Assembly: GCA_964413845.1 (NCBI GenBank)
Contig: CAYPTJ010000003.1
Location: forward strand, 1 to 56,542
From: an uncultured Candidatus Saccharibacteria bacterium
Lineage (GTDB): Bacteria > Patescibacteriota > WWE3 > 9FT-COMBO-53-11
Reading direction: 5' to 3'
Length of the DNA stretch: 56,542 nucleotides
Below are positions 34,582 through 43,368 of the stretch, in pieces. The position numbers and the translations under genes were made by a program. Below the pieces are notes generated by a model. It was not told the origin of the DNA, made no database searches, and saw nothing but the letters and a program-made list of their open reading frames with translations. Position 1 is the stretch's first letter; each line of letters opens with the position of its first letter.

Positions 34582-36123
34582 ATGCTTGCCAAGGTTATCT
34601 CCGCCGCCACCGTTGGTTTAAACTCCGTTCCGGTTGAGGTTGAAGTTGATATCGAAAAACGTGGATTTCCGGCCTTCACCATCGTTGGTCTTCCTGATAA
34701 GGCGGTTGAGGAGAGCAAAGAGCGGGTACGGGCCGCTCTTAAAAATACGGGGGCGGATTTTCCCCAGTACCGCATCACCGTCAATCTTGCCCCAGCAGAT
34801 TTGAAGAAGGAAGGCCCCTACTATGATCTTCCCATTGCGGTTGGAATTCTTATCGCTTCAGAGCAACTTCGCGCGGATCTTTCTCACTCCCTTGTTTTGG
34901 GTGAGCTTTCCCTTGACGGCAGCCTTCGTCATACCCCTGGGGTCTTACCGACTGCTCTTTTGGGGAAAGAAAAAGGTTTTAAGCAAATCTTTCTTCCGGC
35001 TTTAAATGCGGCTGAGGCATCAATCGTTTCCGGGATTGAAGTCTTTGCCGTGGAAAACCTTCTTGATCTGGTTAAACACCTTATGGGAACTAAGACGTTT
35101 GAACCCTTTCCCCATACTGATATCGCCGATCTGATCGAGGAAGAGGAGGCGGAAGTAGATTTTGCCGAGATTATGGGTCAGGAGCAGGCGAAGCGGGCAT
35201 TGGAGATCGTTGCCGCTGGGGCGCATAACTTACGGATGTCTGGGCCTCCAGGGGCAGGGAAGACACTTCTTGCTCGGGCGCTTCCTTCGATCCTTCCAAG
35301 GATGATGGCCGAGGAGGCACTTGAGGTAACAAAGATCTACTCGATCAGTGGAAATCTGAATCCTGGCCAGGCACTGGTTAAAACACGGCCATTTCGTGCG
35401 CCGCATCACACCACCTCAAGGATTGGGCTGATCGGCGGAGGGCAACACCCAAAGCCGGGTGAGATCTCTCTGGCTCACCGAGGAATCCTCTTTTTAGACG
35501 AGTTTCCTGAATTTCCCCGTCACGTTTTGGAAGCGTTGAGGCAGCCGGTTGAAGATGGGATTGTGACGATCTCCCGAGCCGCCGGGTCGTTAACTTTCCC
35601 GGCAAAATTTATTTTGGTTACGGCGGAGAATCCCTGCCCCTGCGGCTACTTAGGGGATCCACGCAAGTCCTGCCGCTGCAGTGCCCATCAGATCTTGCAC
35701 TACAAGCAGAAAGTTTCCGGTCCAATTTTGGATCGGATCGATATGCACATTGAGGTTCCTGCGGTTAAAACCGACAAGCTGATGCAAGGTGCGGATGAAG
35801 CCAAGCCGCAAGCGGAAAGCAGTAAAAAATTACGGGAGCGGGTGCAGAAGGCACGTGATCGGCAGCTTAAGAGATTTGTAGGAAAGAAGATTTTCAGCAA
35901 TGCAGAACTAACGGCGAAGGAGATTCACAAATTTTGCAAAATGACTGCGGAGGCAGAGGTGCTTCTTCGCCAAGCGGTTTCCCAAATGGTGCTTTCGGCA
36001 AGAGCCTACCACAAAGTGATCAAGGTTTCGCAAACGATTGCCGATCTGGCTGGTTCAAAGGAAATCCTGCCTGAGCACATCGCTGAGGCACTGCAATATC
36101 GCCCTCGCGAGTCAGAGTTCTAA
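34582..36123 (+). CDS. comM: YifB/ComM-family Mg-chelatase-like AAA+ ATPase
   Basis: MLAKVISAATVGL start, GPPGAGKT Walker A, GILFLDEFPEF Walker B, and a CPCG...C zinc module. Confidence 0.9.
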   Translation: MLAKVISAATVGLNSVPVEVEVDIEKRGFPAFTIVGLPDKAVEESKERVRAALKNTGADFPQYRITVNLAPADLKKEGPYYDLPIAVGILIASEQLRADLSHSLVLGELSLDGSLRHTPGVLPTALLGKEKGFKQIFLPALNAAEASIVSGIEVFAVENLLDLVKHLMGTKTFEPFPHTDIADLIEEEEAEVDFAEIMGQEQAKRALEIVAAGAHNLRMSGPPGAGKTLLARALPSILPRMMAEEALEVTKIYSISGNLNPGQALVKTRPFRAPHHTTSRIGLIGGGQHPKPGEISLAHRGILFLDEFPEFPRHVLEALRQPVEDGIVTISRAAGSLTFPAKFILVTAENPCPCGYLGDPRKSCRCSAHQILHYKQKVSGPILDRIDMHIEVPAVKTDKLMQGADEAKPQAESSKKLRERVQKARDRQLKRFVGKKIFSNAELTAKEIHKFCKMTAEAEVLLRQAVSQMVLSARAYHKVIKVSQTIADLAGSKEILPEHIAEALQYRPRESEF

Positions 36124-36413
36124 AGGATAAAATTGAAGGCGATAATTACCCCAAGAGCGATAGCGGTGAGGACCCCACTTTTGATAAGGTCAGCTTTGAT
36201 AAACTTTGGGTCTACCATTTGGGGAGGTAGTTGAGGTTTTCGGATCGCCGGTTCTTTTACCTCTTTTGGTGCTACAGCGGGTTTCTGTATGCTTGGCGGT
36301 GTTGATGGTGCTGGTGGCAAAGTAGGTTTTTGACCAGTGATCTGTGCCCGCAGAACCTCAACCTCGCGCCTGAGGTGGGCAAGTTCTTTATCTTTTCTCC
36401 TTTTCTTGGACAT
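36120..36413 (-). CDS. tail-anchored Pro-rich membrane protein
   Basis: Basic coiled N-terminus, a PTLPPAPSTPP region and a C-terminal TM helix. Confidence 0.55.
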   Translation of the reverse strand: MSKKRRKDKELAHLRREVEVLRAQITGQKPTLPPAPSTPPSIQKPAVAPKEVKEPAIRKPQLPPQMVDPKFIKADLIKSGVLTAIALGVIIAFNFIL

Positions 36414-36569
36414 ATCTTGATTTTACCACTATTAGCTCCTTAAGCAGGCTTGTATTCGTCCTATATAGTATGATACTGAGGCAAACTTTTCCCAGATTGA
36501 CTTGGAATATTGAAATTTGTTAATCTGAGTATAGATTGTGATCGTTTTGCTGCGTAAAACGTCCAATCT

Positions 36570-37748
36570 TTGATTGTGATCAAAGAGAAAACCGGGGTTG
36601 TGGAGTTAAAACCATCTTGCCGATCACGTTTTGGTGGGTGGGTAAAACAACATCGGTGGGTTCTTCTTTTTATTTTCTTTATTTTGCTCTCGTTTATCGG
36701 AGGTGGAGTTTGCTTCGTTTTGGCTAAGCGCTTTTCTCTCCCTTTTCTTAATCCACTTGGACCTTCAACTGGCGAGCCGCTGATTGTCCTTTCTGCACCA
36801 ACTGTTTTGGATCAACTCCATCCGATTAGCGGTGTTTTTTATACCAAAGCGCAAAAAGATACTTGGGGAAAACGCCGACCTTTGGCAGTGATGATTGATA
36901 ATCATGCGCTTGCGCGCCCTTACCATTTTGGTCTTCAAAAAGCTGATCTGATCTGGGAAGCAGTGGCTGAAGGAGGGATTCCTAGATTGTTAGCTGTGTT
37001 TCACAGCCAAGATATCGCTAAACTTGGTCCTGTCCGTTCTGCCCGTGTTTATTACATTGATTGGGCTTTAGAATTTCCTGCGTATTATTCCCATGTAGGC
37101 GGAGCGGGGACACCAGGATCACCAGCGAATATTTTTGCTTATATTCGACAAAAAGGTGTTTTGGATCTTGATCAGTTTCGTTTGGGAACCTCTACCTATT
37201 GGCGCGGCGGAGATATTATGATTGGGGGAAGAACAATCCTTTCTCATATCAATTACACTTCAACTAAAAAACTCTGGCAAGCGGGGGAACGGCTTTATCC
37301 AGGAACAAATAAATTACCCAAATTTAAGGCTTGGAAGTTTAAAAGTGATATCCCATATACTGAGCGCTCTGAAAAGCAAAAAATCTCCTTTAACTTTTGG
37401 TATCTCCCAGTTTACGCCGTGGAGTGGAGGTATGAACGAACAACCAACACTTACTTGCGATTCCAAGGAGGAAAGAAACACCTTGACCAAACAACAAAGC
37501 AGCAGCTCACCGCAAAAAATGTTGTCCTTCTTTACACACCGCAATACAGAGCGGGAGATGGAACTGCTCATCTTCTTTTTAAAACCACAGGAAGCGGTGA
37601 TGCCGAAGTCTTCCGCGATGGTAAGAAGATTAAAGCGACATGGAAAAGAAATACCCTTTCGGATCGAACGATCTTTTATGAGCAAGGAACCAAAAAGGAG
37701 ATTGTTTTCAACCGTGGGTTAACCTGGATTGAAGTACTGCCAAAATGA
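36570..37748 (+). CDS. DUF3048 (YerB-like) domain protein, membrane-anchored
   Basis: RPLAVMIDNHALARP...GIPRLLAVFHSQ resembles DUF3048. An N-terminal TM helix is present. The start (TTG 36570 or GTG 36576) is uncertain. Confidence 0.6.
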   Translation: MIVIKEKTGVVELKPSCRSRFGGWVKQHRWVLLFIFFILLSFIGGGVCFVLAKRFSLPFLNPLGPSTGEPLIVLSAPTVLDQLHPISGVFYTKAQKDTWGKRRPLAVMIDNHALARPYHFGLQKADLIWEAVAEGGIPRLLAVFHSQDIAKLGPVRSARVYYIDWALEFPAYYSHVGGAGTPGSPANIFAYIRQKGVLDLDQFRLGTSTYWRGGDIMIGGRTILSHINYTSTKKLWQAGERLYPGTNKLPKFKAWKFKSDIPYTERSEKQKISFNFWYLPVYAVEWRYERTTNTYLRFQGGKKHLDQTTKQQLTAKNVVLLYTPQYRAGDGTAHLLFKTTGSGDAEVFRDGKKIKATWKRNTLSDRTIFYEQGTKKEIVFNRGLTWIEVLPK

Positions 37749-37792
37749 TGGGTTCGATGAACTCACCACAAGTTGGAAGGAGGTGAACATGC

Positions 37793-38452
37793 GTGCCTTT
37801 AATTAAACCAGGGGAAAAGGGTCGGTTTAAGGTTAAAAAAGTTTTAAGGACGGGTAGGGTTGTTGTGCCTGGTTTACTCAAAAATCTTTTTGTTTCACAA
37901 GTGCGGGTAGATATCCTCAAGCTTTTTCTCCTTCATCCCGGTACCGAATATCATGTGCGAGAGATTACGCGGCGGGTAAGTGCAGAGATCAATGCCGTTC
38001 GAAGAGAGCTTGAGAATTTGGAGAGTTTAGGATTGCTTAAGAAAAACCCCCGAAAAAACCGCCTCTATTACTTAATTAAGGAGGATTTTCCACTTTTTAA
38101 CGAGGTTTTGGGACTGGTTGTTAAAGAGGAGGGAGTTGGTAAGGCGTTAGTGAAGGGGAAAGGTTTAGGCGAGGTGAAACTCGCGTTTCTTTCGATTCCT
38201 TACCTTAAAGGGAGGGTAGCAGCACCCAGCGAGATTGATCTTTTGATCGTGGGGCGGGTTTCCTCCAAGAAGATTGCCAAACTGGTTAAGGATGAGGAGA
38301 AGCGAAGAGGTCAGGAGATAAACTACACGATTCTCTCCGAAGGGGAGTTTGAAGCGCTCAAAAAGAGGCGAGATCCATTCCTTCTCTCAGCTATTTTTCA
38401 GCCCAAAATTATCCTCACACCAGGAGCAGAACGCTACCTTGTGATTAGCTAA
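37793..38452 (+). CDS. winged-helix (ArsR-like) transcriptional regulator with C-terminal domain
   Basis: RVDILKLFLLHPGTEYHVREITRRVSAEINAVRRELENLESLGLL is a wHTH pattern. Confidence 0.6.
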   Translation: MPLIKPGEKGRFKVKKVLRTGRVVVPGLLKNLFVSQVRVDILKLFLLHPGTEYHVREITRRVSAEINAVRRELENLESLGLLKKNPRKNRLYYLIKEDFPLFNEVLGLVVKEEGVGKALVKGKGLGEVKLAFLSIPYLKGRVAAPSEIDLLIVGRVSSKKIAKLVKDEEKRRGQEINYTILSEGEFEALKKRRDPFLLSAIFQPKIILTPGAERYLVIS

Positions 38453-38491
38453 GGGTGGGTGTTAAAGTAGTTTTTGGGCACTCATTAAGCT

Positions 38492-38692
38492 ATGGCCGAG
38501 AAAATCATAAAAACAGGAAACTCTGCTGCGGTAACCCTTCCGGCAAAGTTTATGCGGGATCTTAATTTAAAGATTGGCGATCCTGTTGTGGTGGAGATTG
38601 ATTATATTAAAGGGGAGATCACCTTTCGCTTTCCTGGAGCGCGGCAACTACATCTTACCCCTCCTCCAAAACGAGAAAGAACAAAAGCTTAA
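38492..38692 (+). CDS. AbrB/MazE/SpoVT-fold antitoxin-like protein
   Basis: KTGNSAAVTLPAKFMRDLNLKIGDPV swapped-hairpin motif. No toxin ORF follows. Confidence 0.65.
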   Translation: MAEKIIKTGNSAAVTLPAKFMRDLNLKIGDPVVVEIDYIKGEITFRFPGARQLHLTPPPKRERTKA

Positions 38693-38726
38693 CCTTAGGG
38701 ACCTGCTAATGATATAGTTTCAGTGG

Positions 38727-38814
38727 ATGGTCGTCCGCCCGAGGCGGACTAGTATTTTCACTTCGCTCGAATGGACGTCCGCCCGAGGCGGACTAGCATT
38801 CTCGCTTCGCTCGA
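38727..38814. repeat. 2 x 44-bp tandem repeat ending at the secD ATG
   Basis: Units at 38727-38770 and 38771-38814, about 90% identical. Each holds the hairpin GTCCGCC-CGA-GGCGGAC and TTCGCTCGA. Confidence 0.9.
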
Positions 38815-40092
38815 ATGTTAAAACCAAGATCTGTTTTAATTTTCATTATTCTTCTTATCATTGGTGCCGCGCTTGTTGATTTAAGTGGTTATCTTTGGCC
38901 GGCAACTGTAGACCTTACACGGTTCAAGATTCCCCTCCGCCGCGATCTTTCTCTCCATTACGGTTTGGATCTTCAAGGAGGTTTGCAGGTAAGTTTGGAG
39001 GCGGATATGTCGGGGATTCCTGAGAAAGAAAAAGATCGGGCGCTTGAAAGCGCGCGTGCCGTTGTTGAGCGGCGAGTTGATTTTTTAGGTGTTGCTGAAC
39101 CCACAATCCAAGCTTCAAGATCAGGGAATTCATATCGGGTGATTGTCGAGCTTCCTGGGGTAGAGGATCCAGAACAAGCCCTTCTTTTGATTGGCCAGAC
39201 GGCACAGTTAGATTTTCGTGAAGCGACAGGCGAGGGTGAAAACCAGCAGTTTGTGAGGACGGGGCTTACAGGAAAAGATCTCGCGCGTTCTCAGGTTGAT
39301 TTTGAACAAACAACCAGTGCGCCGCAGATTGCTCTTCAATTTACTTCCGGGGGAGCGAAGAAATTTGAGGAGATCACGGGGAGAAATGTGGGAAAGTCGT
39401 TGGCGATCTATCTTGATGAGGTAATTCTTACTGCGCCAACGGTTAAGGGAAAGATTAGTGGAGGGAATGCGGTAATTACCGGGCAGTTTACTTTATCTGA
39501 AGCAAAGCGGCTTGTTGCCCAGCTTAATGCCGGGGCGTTGCCAACGCCGATTCATGTTTTGGAACGACGGCAGGTGGGGGCAACTTTGGGGGCAGAGGCG
39601 TTAAAGAGGAGTGTCGTTGCTGGTTTGGTTGGGTTGGCGTTGGTGGTCTTCTTTATGATCGGTAACTATGGGAGGTTGGGGATTTTAGCAACCATGGCTT
39701 TAATCATCTACGGGATTATCACCTTGGCGATTTATAAACTTCTTCCAGTAACCTTGACCCTTTCGGGTGTGGCTGGTTTTCTCCTCTCGGTGGGGATGGC
39801 GGTTGATGCTAATATCCTAATTTTTGAGCGGATTAAGGAAGAGCGACATTGGGGGAAGGAGTTGCATGAGGCGATGGAGCTTGGGTTTGGTCGGGCGTGG
39901 GATTCGATCCGCGACGCGAATTTAGCTACCCTAACAACTGTTTTTATCCTTTTTAATCCGTTTGGCTGGTCGTTTCTTGTCACCTCGGGGATGGTGAGAG
40001 GATTTGCTTTGACTTTGGGTCTTGGTGTTTTGATCTCGCTTTTTACAGGGGTGGTGGTCACAAGAACCTTGGTGCGTGTTTTCTACCGATAA
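38815..40092 (+). CDS. secD: protein translocase subunit SecD
   Basis: GLDLQGG motif, a periplasmic domain and a C-terminal 6-TM bundle with VGMAVDANILIFERI. Confidence 0.9.
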   Translation: MLKPRSVLIFIILLIIGAALVDLSGYLWPATVDLTRFKIPLRRDLSLHYGLDLQGGLQVSLEADMSGIPEKEKDRALESARAVVERRVDFLGVAEPTIQASRSGNSYRVIVELPGVEDPEQALLLIGQTAQLDFREATGEGENQQFVRTGLTGKDLARSQVDFEQTTSAPQIALQFTSGGAKKFEEITGRNVGKSLAIYLDEVILTAPTVKGKISGGNAVITGQFTLSEAKRLVAQLNAGALPTPIHVLERRQVGATLGAEALKRSVVAGLVGLALVVFFMIGNYGRLGILATMALIIYGIITLAIYKLLPVTLTLSGVAGFLLSVGMAVDANILIFERIKEERHWGKELHEAMELGFGRAWDSIRDANLATLTTVFILFNPFGWSFLVTSGMVRGFALTLGLGVLISLFTGVVVTRTLVRVFYR

Positions 40093-40159
40093 GGATGGTG
40101 AGCTTGTCGCCCATTCGGCGAGCTCAGGGCGATCCTGAGCAGGGTCGAAGGATCGAATC

Positions 40160-41074
40160 ATGATCAACTTCATGCGTCGTAAAAAAATATACTTCTTGCT
40201 CTCCGCTTTGGTGCTGGTACCGGGAATTTTCTCTCTGGTTCTCTTTTGGTTAAAACCTTCGATCGATTTCACAGGGGGAACATTGTGGGAGGTGCGCTTC
40301 GCTGAGTCAGTAGTCAGTAGTCAGGAGCCAGTAGTGGAGATCATTCGGGAAACCTTTACCGGACAGGGCTTGGAGATAGCTTCGATCCAAGCATCAGGTG
40401 AGAAGCAGTTTATCATTCGCACTGTTCCTTTAACCACCGAGCAGCATAAATCGTTGGTGGCGACGCTAAAGGAAAAGCTCGGGGATTTTGAGGAAGTTCG
40501 TTTTGAAACTTTAGGTCCAAAACTGGGGCGGGAGCTTCTTTTTAAAGCGTTTTTTGCAGTTACCTTGGCAGCTCTTGCAATCCTCACCTATGTCGCCTAC
40601 CGATTCAAGAACCTAATGTATGGGGTGGCAGCGATTTTGGCGATGTTTCATGATACCTTTGTTCTCCTTGGTATTTTCTCTCTCCTTGGCCGATTTTTTG
40701 GGGTAGAGGTAGATACGCTGTTCGTCACCGCGGCTTTATCAACCCTCTCATTTTCAGTCCATGACACAATTGTTGTTTTTGACCGGATTCGAGAGATCTT
40801 GAGGCGCAATCCTTCTTTGGAGTTGGACGTAGCGATTAACCAAGCGGTGGGGGAAACGTTAGTGCGTTCGATCAACAACTCCCTGACGATTGTCTTTATG
40901 CTTTTGGCACTGTTTCTTTTGGGTGGGGAGAGCTTGCATTGGTTTGTCTTTGCTCTTTTGGTAGGGACAATCTCGGGAACCTACTCCTCAACTTTTACCG
41001 CCGCCCCGTTGCTGGTGATTTGGCGGAACTTCTCACGGCAAGGAGGGTTAAAGAAAATCTTCCAGCATCACTAA
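40160..41074 (+). CDS. secF: protein translocase subunit SecF
   Basis: IDFTGGT motif and FSVHDTIVVFDRIRE, immediately after secD. Confidence 0.9.
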   Translation: MINFMRRKKIYFLLSALVLVPGIFSLVLFWLKPSIDFTGGTLWEVRFAESVVSSQEPVVEIIRETFTGQGLEIASIQASGEKQFIIRTVPLTTEQHKSLVATLKEKLGDFEEVRFETLGPKLGRELLFKAFFAVTLAALAILTYVAYRFKNLMYGVAAILAMFHDTFVLLGIFSLLGRFFGVEVDTLFVTAALSTLSFSVHDTIVVFDRIREILRRNPSLELDVAINQAVGETLVRSINNSLTIVFMLLALFLLGGESLHWFVFALLVGTISGTYSSTFTAAPLLVIWRNFSRQGGLKKIFQHH

Positions 41075-41095
41075 GAGTGATATTATGCCTTTGGT

Positions 41096-42763
41096 ATGGA
41101 GAAAAGGTGGCAGATCCTCAGTGTGTTGGAAGTAGGGAGCAAGGAGTCAGTAGTTGAAAACCTTCTTAAAAACAGAGGCATTAAGGATAAAGAGGAGTTT
41201 TTTGATCCCCCAAGGCCTAATCAGCTAATTACCCAGTTACGTCGTTATCTTCCTGACCTTGATCAAAACCAACTTGAGCGTGCCGTTGAGCGAATCAAAG
41301 AAGCAATTTCCTCTGGGGAAAAAATCATCGTCTGGGGTGATTTTGATGTGGACGGGGTAACCGCAACCGCGATTCTTTGGTCCGCCCTGGGCGGACCTGG
41401 CGGCCTTGGTGCTGATGCCCTTCCTTACATTCCCGATCGATTCACCGAAGGTTACGGCTTGAACAAACAAGGGATTAAAAAGATAAGTGAAGAGGGAGCG
41501 GGGTTAATCATTACTGTTGATTCAGGAATTACGGCAAAAGAAGAAGTGGAGTATGCTAACTCTTTAGGGTTAGAAATTATTGTTACCGACCACCATTTGA
41601 AACCCAAAAAGCTTCCTCCCGCTTATGCGATCGTTCAGACAAACAAACTCTGTGGGGCTGGGGTAGCGTGGTTGCTCGCTTCTCAACTCATCACTAATCA
41701 CTCATCACTAATCACTGGATTTCTTGACCTTGTTGCGATCGCTACCATTGCAGATCTCCAACCGCTTTTGGGGGCTAACCGGAGTTTAGTGAAGTACGGC
41801 TTTGAGGTCTTAAATCAAAACAAACGCCCTGGTTTGGCTGCTTTGCTTGAGGTGGCGGGCCTCAGGCCCGGAAATTTGGGAAGCTACGCTGCAGGCTGGA
41901 TTTTGGGACCAAGAATCAATGCAATTGGCCGGTTGAAACAGGGGATTGAGGCGTTGCGCCTCCTTTGTACCCAGGATGAGATTAAAGCGCGGGAGTTGGC
42001 ACATCTTCTTGAAGCCGCCAATATAAAGCGGCAGAGTTTAACAGAGGAGATGTACAATCATGCCAAAGGTTTGGTTGTGGATGGTTCGACAGGCTCACCA
42101 CAAGGGGAGGGTCTCATCGTTCTTTACCATGATAGCTGGCATGAAGGGATCATTGGTTTGGTAGCAGGGAAGTTGGTAGAGGAGTATGGCCGTCCAGCAG
42201 TAGTGATTGCCAAAGGAGAGGAGTTTTCAAAAGGATCAGCACGCTCAGTGAATGGGTTTAACCTCCTTGAGGCGTTGCAAAACCACGCTGATCTTTTGGA
42301 GGATGTTGGAGGGCATGAGATGGCGGCGGGTTTTACGGTTTTAAACGAGAAGTTGGAGCAGTTTGTTTCTGCTTTGAGAGAAGAGGCAAAAGAGATTTTA
42401 AAAACGCTTGACCCCCGACCAGTTCTTAAAATCGATCTTGAGTTTCCTCTTTACAACCTTGGTTATGAGTCGATAGCAGAGTTAGAGAGATTTAAGCCAC
42501 ATGGAGTTGGCAACCCCGAGCCACTTTTTCTCGCTCAGGGAGTGAACGTTTTAGAGGAGAGGAAAGTCGGGCGGCAAAAGCAGCATCTGAAGCTTTTGGT
42601 TTCTCCTGGCTTTGAGGCGATCTGGTTTGGTCATGGTGAGAATGGTAGCTTTACCCTGGGAGAGGAGGTTTCCCTGGCTTATACTCCCGAAATCGAAGTT
42701 TGGAACGGGAAGGAGAAGGTAATCCTTAAGATCCGTGATCTGAGGAGAACCGGCCATGATTAA
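41096..42763 (+). CDS. recJ: single-stranded-DNA-specific exonuclease RecJ
   Basis: GDFDVDGVTATAIL, TVDSGI, VTDHH and GGHEMAAG motifs. Confidence 0.9.
   Translation: MEKRWQILSVLEVGSKESVVENLLKNRGIKDKEEFFDPPRPNQLITQLRRYLPDLDQNQLERAVERIKEAISSGEKIIVWGDFDVDGVTATAILWSALGGPGGLGADALPYIPDRFTEGYGLNKQGIKKISEEGAGLIITVDSGITAKEEVEYANSLGLEIIVTDHHLKPKKLPPAYAIVQTNKLCGAGVAWLLASQLITNHSSLITGFLDLVAIATIADLQPLLGANRSLVKYGFEVLNQNKRPGLAALLEVAGLRPGNLGSYAAGWILGPRINAIGRLKQGIEALRLLCTQDEIKARELAHLLEAANIKRQSLTEEMYNHAKGLVVDGSTGSPQGEGLIVLYHDSWHEGIIGLVAGKLVEEYGRPAVVIAKGEEFSKGSARSVNGFNLLEALQNHADLLEDVGGHEMAAGFTVLNEKLEQFVSALREEAKEILKTLDPRPVLKIDLEFPLYNLGYESIAELERFKPHGVGNPEPLFLAQGVNVLEERKVGRQKQHLKLLVSPGFEAIWFGHGENGSFTLGEEVSLAYTPEIEVWNGKEKVILKIRDLRRTGHD
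42081..42104. repeat. 24-nt repeat ATGGTTCGACAGGCTCACCACAAG (copy inside recJ)
   Basis: Identical to 48403-48426. Confidence 0.95.
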
Positions 42764-43208
42764 AAAAGAACTAGTTTTGGTAAGCGGGTGTTTAGCGGGA
42801 TTGAAGTGTAAGTATGATGGGAAAGCTGATCGGGCGGATGAGTGTATTGTTGGGATGGTGAGGAAGGGCAAAGCGATTCTGGTTTGTCCCGAGCAACTGG
42901 GCGGGTTGCCGACACCGCGGCCGCCCTGCGGAATCTTCTCCAGAGAGCCCTTAAAGGTGTTGACTAGCCGTGGTAGAGGCGAGGACAGAACCGCCCAATT
43001 TTTAAAGGGTGCTAAAGAAACGCTTGGGATAGCGAGGATGTTTGGGATCAAAAAGGCGATTTTGAAGAACAAAAGTCCCTCGTGTGGGGTAACTAAAACC
43101 TGGCAGTTAGATAAAAATTTCAGGAATCGTATAGCTAAAGGGCAGGGTGTGACAACAGAATTACTCCGTAAAAACGGCATAGAAGTTCTCAGTGAAGAAG
43201 ATTTATAA
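42756..43208 (+). CDS. DUF523-family protein (TudS-like)
   Basis: VSGCLAGLKCKYDG, CPEQLGGLPTPRPP and KNKSPSCGV motifs. Confidence 0.7.
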   Translation: MIKKELVLVSGCLAGLKCKYDGKADRADECIVGMVRKGKAILVCPEQLGGLPTPRPPCGIFSREPLKVLTSRGRGEDRTAQFLKGAKETLGIARMFGIKKAILKNKSPSCGVTKTWQLDKNFRNRIAKGQGVTTELLRKNGIEVLSEEDL

Positions 43209-43368
43209 ACAAAAACCCAAACCCTTTAAGCGTTAGATGATGCGGGAAAGATTGAGATAAGTTCACTATCATACTCTACAGTATGATAGTGCCTTTTCAG
43301 TTCTTGACTACTCACTCATACCATCTTTCAATCTCTATTAGAGTGTTCTCTCACCAAGCCTCAAATTT

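Noticed and set aside
37222-37722. 166-aa alternate-frame ORF inside the DUF3048 gene, and the antisense ORF 37314-37685
   Set aside because: They are fully nested in a longer ORF that carries recognisable family motifs.
42551-43180. 209-aa minus-strand ORF
   Set aside because: It is antisense to the recJ 3' end and the DUF523 gene, both of which have clear motifs. It has no SD.
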